NCBI RefSeq assembly: GCF_028641065.1
Contig: NC_073404.1
Span: 3,844,001-3,908,000 of the forward strand
Source: Leucoraja erinacea
Lineage: Eukaryota
Length of the DNA stretch: 64,000 bases
Direction: 5' to 3'
The position numbers and the translations under genes were made by a program. The notes below the pieces were generated by a model that worked only from the letters and a program-made list of their open reading frames with translations, was not told the origin of the DNA and did no database searches. Numbering within the stretch: position 1 is the stretch's first letter; each line of letters opens with the position of its first letter. Positions 47,256-60,488 of this stretch are shown piece after piece.

Positions 47256-50200
47256 GCCTGGATAATTTACATTTACTCCATGTACGTCTTTGGAGTGTGG
47301 GAGTAAACCAGAGATCCAGGAGAAAACCCACGCAGGTCACGGGGAGAAGGTACAAACTCCGTACAGATAAGCACCTGTAGTCAGGATGGAACCCGGGTCT
47401 CTGGCGCTGTGAGGCAGCAACTCTACCGCTGCGCCACCGTGCCGCACTCTGGCTCTTGGTTCCCCTACTCTGGGTAAAGGATTCAGCGCGCCGACCCGAT
47501 CTATTCCCCTTAACCTAAGAGAGATTCTGTATAAGCATGTTTTATTCATTCCTTTTTAAGACTGGAGCTACTCAGTGCTGGAGCTACTCAGCGGGTCAGG
47601 AAGCATCTCTGGAGGACATGGATAGTTAATGAGACGGGTCAGAAAGACATAGCGATACTCCGATACGTAGCCCATCCATGTTCTCTGCAGATGCTGTGCA
47701 CCAACAATTTGCATTTATGTAGCAACTTAGACATAGTAAACTGTCCCAGGATGTTCCTGTCACTGGACTGCGGAAATCTTAGGAGCTGCAAACTCAAAAC
47801 TGACCAGAGGAACATGTTAAGGAACAAATATTGAATGAAGATAGGGTGGCTGAGGGTTTTATAGGGAGGTTCAGACATGAGTAGGTGTAGGAACAATGCA
47901 TCAACTGTTCCATATATTGTTATTTGTTGGTAATGTTCACTAGGCCAGGAGTGGAAGAGGGCAGATACTGGGCCACACCTTGGCACAGCGGGTAGAGCCA
48001 CTGCCTCACAGAACCCGAGTCTCTGGTGCGGCAAGGCACCATTTTTTACTCAACTGCAGGCGACTAGTTTGTCGCCACATGTTCGCCTGGAGTCGTCTCC
48101 TCAGTCGCGCAAAAAGGCGTAGCATCTTTCTGGTCGCCGCTAAATTTTCAGCGTGTTGAAAAATGTTCGGTGACAGTGGGTTTGACGCCAGTGAGCGTAG
48201 CTTGACTTCTCCTGACGTTGGGGCTGTCGTAGGTTGTCGCCAGGAGGACGCAGGTTGCCGCTGGTTTTTCGGCGACCGGTTACAACTCTGACAGTCGCCG
48301 GCAGTTGCCTAAAAAATCGGCTAGTGGGACAGGCCCATAAGTTTAACTTGGAAGGTGGGAAAGTTACTGGAATCAATTGATTTAACGGCTGGTGGGTGTG
48401 TGGAACGAGCAGCCGGGGGAGGTAGGTGAAGATGGGACTATAACAGCATTTAAAAGACAGGTACGCGGATGGGAAAGGTTTAGAGGGATATGGGCCAAAC
48501 ATGGGCAGGCGGGACTAGTGTAGATGGGCCATGTTGGTTGGCGTGGGCAAGTTGGGCCAAAGAGCCGGTTTCTATTTTATATGAGTCTATGACTTTATGA
48601 CTGTGGACTAGTTAGATATGGGAAGGGTGGAAGGTCAGGACAAGAGGAGTGAACCACAAAAGGGGGTACTACAGGATGGGAGGAGGGGGGGGGGGGGGGG
48701 GGGGGGCTGTGGTAGGGATTTGTAACGCTGAGAAGTTTAATGTTGACCCATGCATCAGCAGATACATCTGCCACGCAGACACATCTGCTCATCTCTACTA
48801 AACAGTCTGCTGCCCTAATCAGTTATTTATATTCAGCATAATCGGCCTCCAGCCTGATTAAGTTCAACTTCTTGGTGGTTTGTGCCAAGGTTCCTCTGAC
48901 GGAAACAAATGGCAGGTGATGAATGTGAATCGCTGTAAAATAAACCCTTCATCAGCACATGGGGGGCTGTCATTGAAGAGTCTGGTCCGGTGATAATATA
49001 GACCATAGATCACAGTGCAGCACAGGAACAGGCCCTTCAGCCCACAATGTCTGTGCCCAACATGATGCCAAGACCAACTCTTATCTGCCTGCACGTGGCC
49101 CAGTGCCAACAAACGCAACAAACTAGCTGTATGTGATCCCACTTTCTCATCCACTCCCTACACATTATGGGCAATTTACAGAGGCCAATTAACCTACAAA
49201 CCCACACGTCTTAGTTTAGTTTAGCATTAGTATTGTTCATTTGTCTGTTTGTTTTTTTAATACAAACTGAACTTTTGTTGTTGTTGTTTATGATGGGTTT
49301 TACAGAGTACTGTGTTTAATATTCTGTTGTCCTGCTGCAAGTAAGAATGTCATTGTTCTGTTTCTGTTCTATGACAGTAAAACACTCCTGACCTGACTCT
49401 TGACTAGTTTGTTAGCGTCTCGTGGACTAAGCTGCAGTGAAACGCTTTTTGCTTTCTGGGCAGGTCAAACATAGTTGATGTTAGGTCCAGGTTATGAAGG
49501 TCGACTTCCTTTCCATTGTCCACTAGTCCTGATCTCTTGAACATTCCTGAGTTTAACTCCTCCACTGTTGATACCTGTTCTTTGTCCTGCTCAACCTTTG
49601 AAATTAGTTTAGTTTAGTTCAGTTTGGAGATACAACGCGGAAACAGGCCCTTCGGCCCACCAGGTCCGTGCCGGCCAGCAATCCCTGTACACTAACACTA
49701 TCCTACACACACTAGGGATCATTTACTGTTATACCAAGCCAATTAGCCTACAATGCACGTCTTTGGAGTGCGGGAGGAAACCGGAGCACCCGGAGAAAAC
49801 CCACGCAGGTCACGGGGAGAACGTACAAACTCTGTACAGCCAGAGCCGGTCGTCAGGATGGGACCCGGGTCTCTGGCGCGGTGAGGCAGCAACTCTACCG
49901 CTGCACCACCGTGTCGCCCTTGCGTGCCACTGTGCTGCCTCCTTAACTCATCAGTCATGTGACCTGCAATGTGCTGTCAACAAATGATGCTTACCACAAA
50001 CTGAGCTGTTTAACAAATCTTAATCAAGCTGAATGCCTGAACGGTCTGAATATAAATAACAGTTTACAGCAGCTGACTGTTTAATTGCGAGGAGCAGATG
50101 GATCTGTCTGATAGATTTGGCTCACGAGATGTCATCCCGTGTTGGCCGGCCCTCAGGAGTTATTATCACATGGCCTCTCGTCCCTTCTTGATCAACTATG

Positions 50201-51340
50201 CGTCACATACATTTCCAGAAACAAACCAAAATGCTCAAAATCAGGAGTATGTAAAAAAGCGGCATATGAGTGGCATAGCTCGGGTAGACAGTCACTATAG
50301 CTTTAAGGTGAGTTTAGTTTAGTTTAGAAATACAGCATGGAAACAGGCCCTTCAGCCCACTCCGACCAGCAATCCCTCTACACTAGCATTATCCTACACA
50401 CACTAGGAATAACTTTCTATTATACCAAGCCAATTAGCCTACGAACCTGTACATCTTTGGAGTGTGGGATGAAACCAGAGCACCCGGAGAAACCCACGCA
50501 GGTCACAGGGAGAACGTACAAATTCCGTGCAGACAGAACCCGTAGTCAGGATTGAACCTGGGTCCCTGGCGCTGTGAGGCAGCGACTCTACCGCTGCGCC
50601 ACTGTGTTGCCCCGGGTGACCATCAGGAGAGGGACGTCGGCTGCGGGGGGGGGTGGTACTTGGATCGCGGGCGCCCCGGGTCTTCCAACACGTGGACCGG
50701 ACTTTGCTCTTCGGGCTGTTTGTGTTCTCTGTTTTTGTTCCGTTACTTTTTTGAAAAAACTGCGTCAAAATTGTAGCAACTGAGAGTATGTAGTCGTGCA
50801 AATGAATGTCACTGCCCAGTGCAAACGTGACAACAAAGGACCGTGGGATCACTGAGGAAGACGTGGCCAGTAGCTTCTCCCCGTCACCTGCCCGGGCTTT
50901 CTCCCAGATCTTCCGTTTCGTCCCACACTCCCAACACATACAGGTTTGTAGACGGCAGGTAGACACAAAATGCTGGAGTAACTCAGCGGGACAGGCAGCA
51001 TCTATGGAGAGGCGTCGTTTCGGGTCGAGACCCTTCTTCAGACCTGAAACATCACCCATTCCTTCTCTCCAGAGATGCTGCCTGTCCGGCTGAGTTACTC
51101 CAGCATTTTGTGTATACCTTTGCTTTAAACCAGCATCTGCAGTTCCTTCATACGCAGCTTTGTAGGCTGATTTGGGTTGGTATAAATGTAAATTGTCCCT
51201 CGTGTGTGTGTGGGATAGTGTCAATGTGCTGGGATCGTTGGCCGGCACGGAGCCGGTGGGCCGAAGGGCCTGTGTCTAGCGCTGTATCTCTAAACTAAAC
51301 GAAATGAAAAAAGATGAGGTGTTGGAGGGGCTGCACTCAC

Positions 51341-51438
51341 CAGCGGGGTCTGCCATCCAGCTGGCCGTCCGAGCTGCCGTGGGTTCTCAGGAAGAGAGCC
51401 GACCTCCTTTTCACCGGGCTCTTCAGAAGCTTGACTTG
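51341..51438 (-). CDS. RAP1GAP2: RAP1GAP2 exon
   Basis: ttcttggcag/gtgagt; 98 nt, phase 0-2. Encodes QVKLLKSPVKRRSALFLRTHGSSDGQLDGRPR (SPxKRRS motif). Confidence 0.88.
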
Positions 51439-52006
51439 CTGCCAAGAAAACAAGAACATTGTTACACCGTGGGCGGCACGGTGCCTGAGACCCGGGTTCG
51501 ATCCTGACCTCGGTTGCTGTCTGTGCGGAGTTTGTACGTCCTGCCCGTGACGCTCGTGGGTTTTCTGCACGATCTCCGGTTTCCTCCCACACTCCAAAGA
51601 CGTGCAGGTTTGTAGGTGAATCGGCTTGGTGTCATTGTAAATTGTCCCCAGTGTGTGTAGGACAGTGCAAGTTGCCGGGATGGCCTGTTTCCGAGCGAGG
51701 AAGAGGAACAGAGGGCTGTGGAGCTGGGACAGCAGCAACATCCCCAGACGTCCTTACAGTCCCAGACCATAGTCACACACTGATCATCCACATCCAGGGG
51801 TTAAAGCACCCGGTGGATCGAGCAGTGTATAGGGAGGCACGGTGGCGCAGCGGTAGAGTTGCTGCCTCACAGCGCCAGAGGCACGGGCTCAATCAAGGAG
51901 TTTACACGTCCCCCCTGTGGCCTTATAGGACATATGTTTAAGGTGAGATTAGAAAGAGTTTGTTAATCTAAGGGGCAACGTTTCCACACATTGGGTGGTG
52001 GGACTG

Positions 52007-53112
52007 GGGAACTATGGGGGTAGGGTGTTGACATGGATAGACAATTGGTTGGCAGACTGGAAGCAAAGAGTAGGAGTGAACAGGTCCTTTTCAGAATGGC
52101 AGGCAGTGGCGAGTGGAGTGCCGCAAGGCTCGGTGCTGGGGCCGCAACTGTTTACCATATATATTAATGATTTGGAGTGGCAAGAGGGAATTAGGAGCAC
52201 CACTAACAAGTTTGCGGATGACACAAAGCTGGGTGGCAGTGCGAACTGTGAAGAGGATGTTAGGAGGTTGCAGGGTGACCTGGACAGGTTGAGTGAGTGG
52301 GCAGATGCGTGGCAGATGCAGTATAATATAGATAAATGTGAGGTTATCCACTTTGGTGGCAAAAACAAGGGGGCAGATTATTATCTCAATGGGGTTAGGT
52401 TAAGTAAGGGGGAGGTACAGCGAGACCTGGGTGTCCTTGTACACCGGTCACTGAAAGTTGGCATGCAGGTACAGCAGCCAGTGAAGAAAGCTAATGGAAT
52501 GTTGGCCTTTATAATAAGAGGATTTCAGTATAGGAGTAAAGAGGTTCTTCTGCAGTTGTATAGGGCTCTGGTAAGACCACATTTGGAGTATTGTGTACAG
52601 TTTTGGTCTCCTAATGTGAGGAAGGACATCCTTGTGATTGAGTAGGTTGATGAGATTGATCCCTGGGATGGCGGGACTGTCATATGAGGAAAGATTGAAA
52701 AGACTAGGCTTGTATTCACTGGAGTTTAGAAGGATGAGGGGGGTCTTATAGAAACATATAAAATTATAAAAGGACTGGATAAGCTAGATGCAGGAAAAAT
52801 GTTGGGCGAGCCCAGAACCAGGTGCCACAGTATTAGAATAAAGGGGAGACCATTTAAGACTGAGGTGAGAAAAACACATTTCACCCAGAGAGTTGTGAAT
52901 TTGTGGAATTCCCTGCCACAGAGGACAGTGGAGATCAAATCACTGGATGGATTCAGAGTTGGATAGAGCTCTAGGGGCTAGTGGAATGAAGGGATATGGG
53001 GAGAAGGCAGGCACGGGTTATTGATTAGGGACGATCAGCCATGATCACAATGAATGGTGGTGCTGGCTCGAAGGGCCGAATGGCCTCCTCCTGCACCTAT
53101 TCTCTATGTTTC
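52007..53112 (+). mobile_element. CR1/HER1-like LINE RT-to-3' fragment
   Basis: ORF 51995-52645 contains SGVPQGSVLGP, FADDTK and [13 protein letters not shown]. Confidence 0.92.
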
Positions 53113-53471
53113 TATTAGGGAATGATTTGCCAGTGGAAGTAGTTGAGGCAGGTACAATAACAACAGCTTTTTACACAGAGTAGGGGAATCAAGAACCAGA
53201 GGGCAGTATTAAGGCGAAAGGGGAAAGATTTAATAGGAACCTGAGGGGCAACATTTTCCACAGAGGGTAGTGGGTGTATGGAACAAACTGCCAGAGGAGG
53301 TAGTTCTTCTTCTTGTGAATGAAACATAAACCAAAGGAATAGTTAGATCTCGGGCCGGGTTGAAACGCAGTTTCAACTCCAGTACCAAGTCTGTTGAGCT
53401 TCACCTATGCTCCTCTGGGGAGGTCAGATCCTGGACAGCTTTTATCTGATGAAGAGATGTAGCTGTGTAAT

Positions 53472-53690
53472 GCCCCTGTCTCACTTAGGAAACCTGAACG
53501 GTAACCTCTGGAGCCTTTGCGCCCCACCCAAGGTTTCTGTGCGGTTCCCGGAGGTTGCAGGTGGTTGCCGGAGGTTGCAGGTAGTGGAAGCAGGTAGGGA
53601 GACTGACAAAAACCTCCGGGAACCGCACGGAAACCTTGTGTGGGGCGCAAGGTCTCCAGAGGTTTCCGTTCAGGTTTCCTAAGTGGGACA
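53472..53690. mobile_element. MITE of the same family
   Basis: ccctgtctcacttaggaaacctgaacgg...ccgttcaggtttcctaagtgggaca; internally palindromic. Confidence 0.8.
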
Positions 53691-53956
53691 CAACGTGAAA
53701 CGTGGGGGTGAGTGGGGTGGACTCACATTTTTTTTAATTTTTTTTTATACAACAAAATGTATTCAATTATTAAAAATAATATTTACACTACAATAAAACA
53801 AGCCAGAACCCACCACCATAATACAATACAAACATGTATCCATAATAAACTACTATACAACTATGATACAATCCTTATTGAGGATACATTCAACACCCTG
53901 CGGAGCCCAGCGGTCCTGGAACTCCCTCAGGGTGCCCACAGACAGGGTGTACTCAC

Positions 53957-54094
53957 ATTAGGAGGGTGTTTGATGATCTCAATGGCGCTGTGTGGGATGC
54001 CCCCACTCTGGCTGCCTGGTAGACCCCCGCTGTGATGCTTCTTGTGGCTTGTCACCATCGTCTCCATTGAGTGGCTCCGCACGCGAATCGCCCT
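53957..54094 (-). CDS. RAP1GAP2: RAP1GAP2 exon
   Basis: cag/gtgagt; 138 nt. Encodes RAIRVRSHSMETMVTSHKKHHSGGLPGSQSGGIPHSAIEIIKHPPN. Confidence 0.93.
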
Positions 54095-55329
54095 CTGCCA
54101 GGCAAAGAGAAGAAAGACCGGCCTCACCCACTGACAGTCAGTCCCCAAGCCATCGACAATCGGAGGAAGACGGGATCCCACCACCGCCCACGTCTTCCCA
54201 TCTCCACCCATTTCCGCTTCCCGCAGAGACCGTTCCCTCCGCAACTCCCTGGTCAACTCGTCCCTTCCCTCCCAAACCACCCCCTCCCCTGCAACCGTAG
54301 GAGATGCAACACCTGTCCCTATACCTCCCCCCTCGACTCCATCCAAGGACATAGAAACATAGAAAATAGGTGCAGGAGTAAGCCATTCGGCCCTTCGAAC
54401 CAGCTCCGCCATTCAATATGATCATGACTGATCATCCTAAATCAGTATCCTGTTCCTGCTTTCTCCCTATGTCCCTTGATTCCGTTAGTCCTAAGAGCTG
54501 TATCTAACTCCCTCTGGAAAACATCCAGTGAATTGGCCTCCACTGCCTTCTGTGGCAGAGAATTCCACAGATTCACAACTCTCTGGGTAGGAACAATACT
54601 GGGATCTCTGTTTATAATACATACATATTTGAATGAACATGTAGGTGGTCTAAGAGGGAAGAGTATAATAGATGGCGGGGCCCCAAGGACAATTGATGCA
54701 CAGTTCTAGTTACTGCAATTGGATTACCGTTAGGGTTAGGTACGGATTGCTTCCTCTAGAGCAGAGACGGAGGGGGTGAGCTGAAAAAGTACGTCAAATT
54801 ATGAAAAGGCCCGAAACGTCGCCTATTTCCTTCGCTCCATAGATACTGCCTCACCCTCTGAGTTTCTCCAGCATTTTTGTCTACCAAAGACCAGAACAGG
54901 GTTTTAGTTTGCACTCAGAAAAGAGATTTAATGCCTTTTATCCTAATGAATGCTGAATAATTGAAATGCAAATCACCCATTAATGCAGGCCATTTAAAAT
55001 GTAATGTTTATACGAAAGTTGTAGAGAATTACATTAAAAAAATATTCACCTCCATAAATTAATGATTTTTTTTTATCCATTACCAAAAATGGTAACTAAT
55101 GTGTTTTTTTAGGACAGAGTGGTTCAAATATTGTAGTTATCAGCAGTATTGGGGAAATATGTTCAAAGTCATTTGATATTTTTTATCAGCTCTTTGTAAT
55201 GAAAGAATGCACATGATTATCAAACTATCTTTTGCAAGAACCTTGCAAGTAAGTTATTCGCTGAACTTACAGTGAGATGCCACCTTCCTGGCACCCTTAC
55301 TAATCAAGAACCTATCAATCTCCACCCCG

Positions 55330-55920
55330 ACAGTCCTTACAGGTGAGGGAGAGGTTCACCTGCACCTCCTCCAACCTCATCTACTGTATCCTCTGTTCCA
55401 GGTGTCAACTCCTGTATATCGGCGAGACCAAGCGCAGGCTCGGCGATCGTTTCGCTGAACACCTCCGCTCAGTCCGCCTAAACCTACCTGATCTCCCGGT
55501 GGCCAAACACTTTGACTCCCCCTCCCATTCCCACACTGACCTTTCTGTCCTGGGCCTCCTCCATTGTCAGAGTGAGGCCCAGAGCAAATTGGAGGAGCAG
55601 CACCTCATATTTCACTTGGGCACCTTACACCCCAGCGGTATAAACATTGACTTCTCTAACTTCAAATAGCCCTTGCTTTCCCTCTCTCTCCATCCCCTCC
55701 GACCAGTCTAACTGGCCTCGATTACATTTTACCTCTGCCTCCTTCCCCTTGATCTCCATCCCCTTTGTCTTGTTTTCACGCCTTACATTTCCTTATCTCT
55801 GTATCTCCCTCTCCCCTGATTCTGTCTGAAGAAGGGTCTGGACCCGAAACGTCACCCATCCCTTCTCTCCAGAGAGGCTGCCTGTCCCGCTGAGTTACTC
55901 CAGCATTTTGTGTCTATCAC
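55330..55920 (+). mobile_element. Penelope-like element 3' part: GIY-YIG endonuclease plus pseudo-LTR
   Basis: ORF 55343-55669 reads NLIYCILCSRCQLLYIGETKRRLGDRFAEH...HF, a GIY-YIG domain. It is followed by the ctgaagaagggtc..gacccgaaacgtc...ttactccagc terminal repeat seen many times in the window. Confidence 0.9.
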
Positions 55921-57392
55921 CTGTCTGAGGATATTGACCAGGACACCAGACCCACTCATTGGTGCATCACATCCACTTCACCCCCCAGGAAATGGAAAGC
56001 GGAGCCTCCAATTAAAGTTCCATGATGAGGAAAGTTAGTCTTGAAATGAACCTGAACCTACAACCTTCCGACTTTGAGGCAGCAGCCTTAGCATAGAGTC
56101 ATAGAGAGACGCATCTAAATGGCCTTTCAGCCCACCAAGTCTAAACTAGCCACCAATCAACAATTGGGATAGCATAGAACTTGTATGGATGGGTGGGTTG
56201 ATGGTCAGCATGAACTAGGTGGGCCGAAGGGCCTGTTTCCATGCCGTATATCCAATCTACACTCTAAATCAGGTCTTCCTGCTTTTCACTGCTGCCCTGT
56301 TTAGCTTCCCTGTTCGTACCCTTTTGTTATCACCTCTTCCACAGCCAACAATGGACCATTGTGGGCTCCACATTGCTCCGGGATCATCATTGCTGGCTTT
56401 GATTTATCATTTTGCATATCTTTCATTTTTGTTCTTTGTACCTTTTCATACCTCTAGTTTCCCTCTCCCCTGACCCTCAGTCTGAAGAAAGATCTCGTCC
56501 CAAAACGTCACCTATTCCTTTTCTCCAGAGATGCTGCCTGACCCCTCTGAGTTACTCCAGCAATTTGTGTCTATTTTCGGTATCAACCAGCATCTGCAGT
56601 TCCTTCCTACGCACTAATCAGTGGAAGGTCGCTGATTACATTTATTCTAAAGATACAGCAGGGAATCTGGCCCTTCGGCCCATCGAGTCCATGTTGGCCA
56701 TCGATCATGGTAGTTCCATGTTATCCCACTTTCTCATCCACTCCCTACACACTAGGGACAGTTTACAGAGACCCTGGTTCAATCCTGACTACAGGTGCTG
56801 TCTGTACGGAGTTTGCACGTTCTCCTTGTGACATGGGTGGGTTTTCTCCGGGTGCTCCGGTTTCCTCCCACACTCCAAAGATGTACAGTTGTCTAGGTTA
56901 ATCTGCCTCTGTAAATGCCCCTGGTGTGTAGGGAGTGGAAGAGAAGGTGGGACATGATAGAACTGGAGTGACTGGGTGATCGATGGTCAGCATGGACTCG
57001 GTGGGATGAAGGGCCTGTTTCCACGCTGTATCTCTAAACTGAAGTGATGCCTTTTTATTGAACCAAATTCCACAATCCAAGGACGTGCAGGTTTGTCGGT
57101 TAATTGGCTTCTGTAAAAATTGTAGGAATAGACTTAGTGAACTAGTCTGAAGAAGGGTCTCGACCCGAACCGTCACCCAGACCTTTTCTCCAGAGATGCT
57201 GCCTGTCCCGCTGAGTTACTCCAGCATTTTGTGTCTATCTTCAGTGAACTAGTCCGCTGGTCGGCGCGGACTCGGTGGGCCAAAGAACCTGATCCCATGC
57301 TGTATACTGAACAAAACTACATTGAAAAACCACCAAACTATATTTGAGTAAAGTGTTAGCCTCCACTCCCTGTTTGAAGCAGGGGGTTATTA

Positions 57393-58130
57393 AGCCCCTG
57401 TCCCACTTAGGAGACCTAAACAGCAACCTCTGGTGACCTTGCCCGCCACCAAAGGTCTCCACGAGGTCACCGGAAGTTGTGGTCACTCTCCCTAATGGTC
57501 GAAAGTAGTTTCGGCGTGGTCGAGGCTTCATCTAGGTTGCTGCTATTTTTTCATCATGATTAAAACCGGCCTCGACTAAAAATAGCTTGCTGTTTGAAAA
57601 ATCGATATTTTTTTAGTCGCAGGTCTAGTCGAAGCCGGTTTTCTTCATAGTCGAGGAAGGTTTTCAACATATGCGTGGGAGGTGGTAGGAGGTTGCAGGT
57701 CAAACAAAATCATGAGAGACCTCTTCCACCCCTGCAACGGACTGTTCCAGCTGCTATGGTCAGGCAAACGCCTCCGTTGCCATGCAGTGAGAACGGAGAG
57801 GTTGAGAAGGAGTTTCTTCCCAGAGGCAATTCGGACTGTAAATGCCTATCTCACCAGGGACTAACTCTACAGAACGTTTTTCCTTCTATTATTTATTATG
57901 TAAAAGAATATGTGTGTTATGATTGTGTTTATAATTTGTTTGGTTGTTTTGTTGTTTGTCTTTTGCACAAAAGTCCGCGAGCATTGCCACTCTCATTTCA
58001 CTGCACATCTCGTATGTGTGTATGTGACAAATAAACTTGACTTGACTTGACTTGACCTCGACCTTGATTTTTTTTTGGGTGGTGGGCAAGGTCACCAGAG
58101 GTTGCTGTTTAGATCTCCTAAGTGGGACAG
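57393..58130. mobile_element. MITE of the same family containing a nested Rex/Babar-like 3' fragment
   Basis: cctgtcccacttaggagacctaaacagcaacctctggtgaccttgccc (57396) versus its reverse complement at ~58084-58130. The nested LINE end at ~57700-58055 has a (cttga)n tail. Confidence 0.75.
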
Positions 58131-58698
58131 GTGTTAGTTACCAGAGGATGGTTAGGCTTTGGATTTAGCAACATATTTCACCTTAATAGCTACAGAATTT
58201 TCACCACACTGTTTTTTTGTTCACCTTATTCCTCGGCCACCACCTGCCTAAGTCTTTCTGCTGTCACTTTGCAAGGAAAAGCAGTCAAGTGGGTAAGCAA
58301 ATTCAAAGGAATTCATTACGAGAGGCTTAGCCAAGTCTCCCAATCGATTATTTTAACTCAGCGGCAAGTGAAGTTATTGTCCATGACTGAGGGTTTTGTG
58401 TTGACATTGTTGATGTTTCAAGGATAAAATGATGGAGGTGGGGCTGGAAATGTCTTCAATTGTCAGAAAGCTGCATTCCGCAGTGTCAGCGACGTGAAGA
58501 ATTTTAGGAGGTAGAAGTCTAAGGGTTCATCTGGCACTTTTAGTTTAGTTCAGTTTGGAGAAACGGCGCGGAAACAGGCCCTTCGGCCCATCGAGTCCAC
58601 GCCGACCAGCCATCTCCGTGTACTATCACTACCCTGCACACACCAGGGGCAAGTTTACACTTACACCAAGCCAATTAACCTACAAACCTGCACGTCTT

Positions 58699-58970
58699 TT
58701 AGAACGGAGACGAGGAAACACATTTTCCTCACAGAGAGTTGTGAGTCTGTGGAATTCTCTGCCTCAGAGGGCGGTGGAGGCCGGTTCTCTGGATGCTTTC
58801 AAGAGAGAGCTAGATGGGGCTCTTAAAGATAGCGGAGTTGGGGGATATGGGGAGAAGGCAGGAACGGGGTACTGATTGGGGATGATCAGCCATGATCACA
58901 TTGAATGGCGGTGCTGGCTCGAAGGGCCGAATGGCCTACTCCTGCACCTATTGTCTATTGTCTATTGTCT
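58699..58970 (+). mobile_element. CR1/HER1-like LINE 3' end (similar fragments at ~41877-42189, ~61355-61709 and, on minus, ~16120-16555, ~18770-19190, ~59260-59745, ~62995-63385)
   Basis: FSQRVVSLWNSLPQRAVEA motif with a (ctattgt)n tail. Confidence 0.82.
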
Positions 58971-59036
58971 ATCTCGGCCCGGTGAGTGCTGAATGTGTGT
59001 GTGTGTCTTTCAATGATCAGTCAGTCGACTAATTAC

Positions 59037-59171
59037 CTTGAAGGACTCCAGGAAGCCTCCATGACTGTCATTCTCCATCTTTTCTTCGTCAGGACCCAGC
59101 CCCAACATGGCCTGTGATTGGTTGTGGAGGTCCTCGTACAGGTTGTCGAGTAGCGCTGCCCGCGTGCGGTT
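59037..59171 (-). CDS. RAP1GAP2: RAP1GAP2 exon
   Basis: cag/gtaatt; 135 nt. Encodes [58 protein letters not shown] and HGGFLESFK fit RAP1GAP2 better than RAP1GAP. Confidence 0.95.
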
Positions 59172-60401
59172 CTGGACAGGGAAGACCAAAAACACATCGT
59201 TCACAACCTGCTCTGCAAGGCCTACTTCACCGAGGTCCCACGATCAAAAACAGCCCCCGCCTCTGGCCGGGCCAAACAGCCAGCCCATCGAGTCCACTCC
59301 ACCATTCAACAATGGCTGATCTATCTCTCCTCCTAATCCCATTTTGCTGCCTTCTCCCCATAACCCTTGACACCCGTTCTAATCAAGAATTTGTCTATCT
59401 TTGCCTTAAAAATATCCACTGACTTGGCCTCCACAGCCCTCTGTAGCAATTAGTTCCACAGATTTACTACCATCTATGAGTAAAGAAGTTCCTCCTCACC
59501 TCATTTCTAAAAGAGCATCCTTTAATTCTGAGGCTGTGACCTCTGGTCCTAGACTCTCCCACCAGTGGAAACATCCTTGGTCAATCCATGCCTTTCATTA
59601 TTCTGTAAGTTTCAATGAGGTTCCCCCTCAACCTTCTAAACTCCAGCGAGTAGAGGCCCAGTGCTGTCAAACACTCATCATAGATTAACCCACTCATTCC
59701 TGGGATCATTCTTGTAAACCTCCTCTGGACCGTCTCTAGAGCCAGCACGTCTCTGTACCGATGGGCTGCGCGCGGGAGAAGCTGCCGGACGGGCGTGGGC
59801 TGCGGGTCATACCCTGGCGGAAGGCCTGGCTCGCCCGCCGCGGAGATGGCAAACCCGCCTGAAGTGGAAGGCTGACGAGCCCGGCCCCGACTATGTTTCC
59901 CTGAGGAAGAACGTATCTTCAGGAAGGAGATGAGGTGGAATTTCTTCCTAAGTTCATAAGTGATGGGAACAGAATTTGGCCGTTCGGCCCATCTAGTCAA
60001 TTTATGAACAGCAGGGCCATGGTGCTTTGGAAAGGAAAGTAAAAGAACCTAATCCTGAAGGCCCCAGTTCTGGGCAACATATTATGGGGAAGATGTTGTC
60101 AAGCTGGAAAGGGTGCAGAGAAGATTTACAAGGATGTTGCCAGGACTAGAGGGTCTGAGCTATAGGGAGAGGTTGAGTAGGCTGGGACTCTATTCCTTGG
60201 GGCACAGGAGAATGAGGGGCGATCTTAATAGAGGTGTACAAAATCATGAGAGGAATAGATTGGGTAGATGCAGAGTCTCTAGCCCAGAGCAGGGGAATCG
60301 AGGACCAGAGGGCATAGGTTTAAGGAAGGAGGGGAAAAGATTTAAAAGGAATCTGAGGGGTAGCTCTGTTCTCCGGAACAACCTCGGACATGCATCCTTA
60401 C

Positions 60402-60488
60402 CTCCAGCTTTGCAAACTTCTCCGACTTGTAGCAGGCCGACTCTGCGTTGATGAGTTTAGTCAGCAGAAACTCTCTGAACTCCGGGCC
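60402..60488 (-). CDS. RAP1GAP2: RAP1GAP2 exon
   Basis: cag/gtaag; 87 nt. Encodes [29 protein letters not shown], a conserved RapGAP helix. Confidence 0.95.

Noticed and set aside
50439-51248. 269-aa ORF
   Set aside because: Runs through SINE and pLTR pieces; no splice or homology support.
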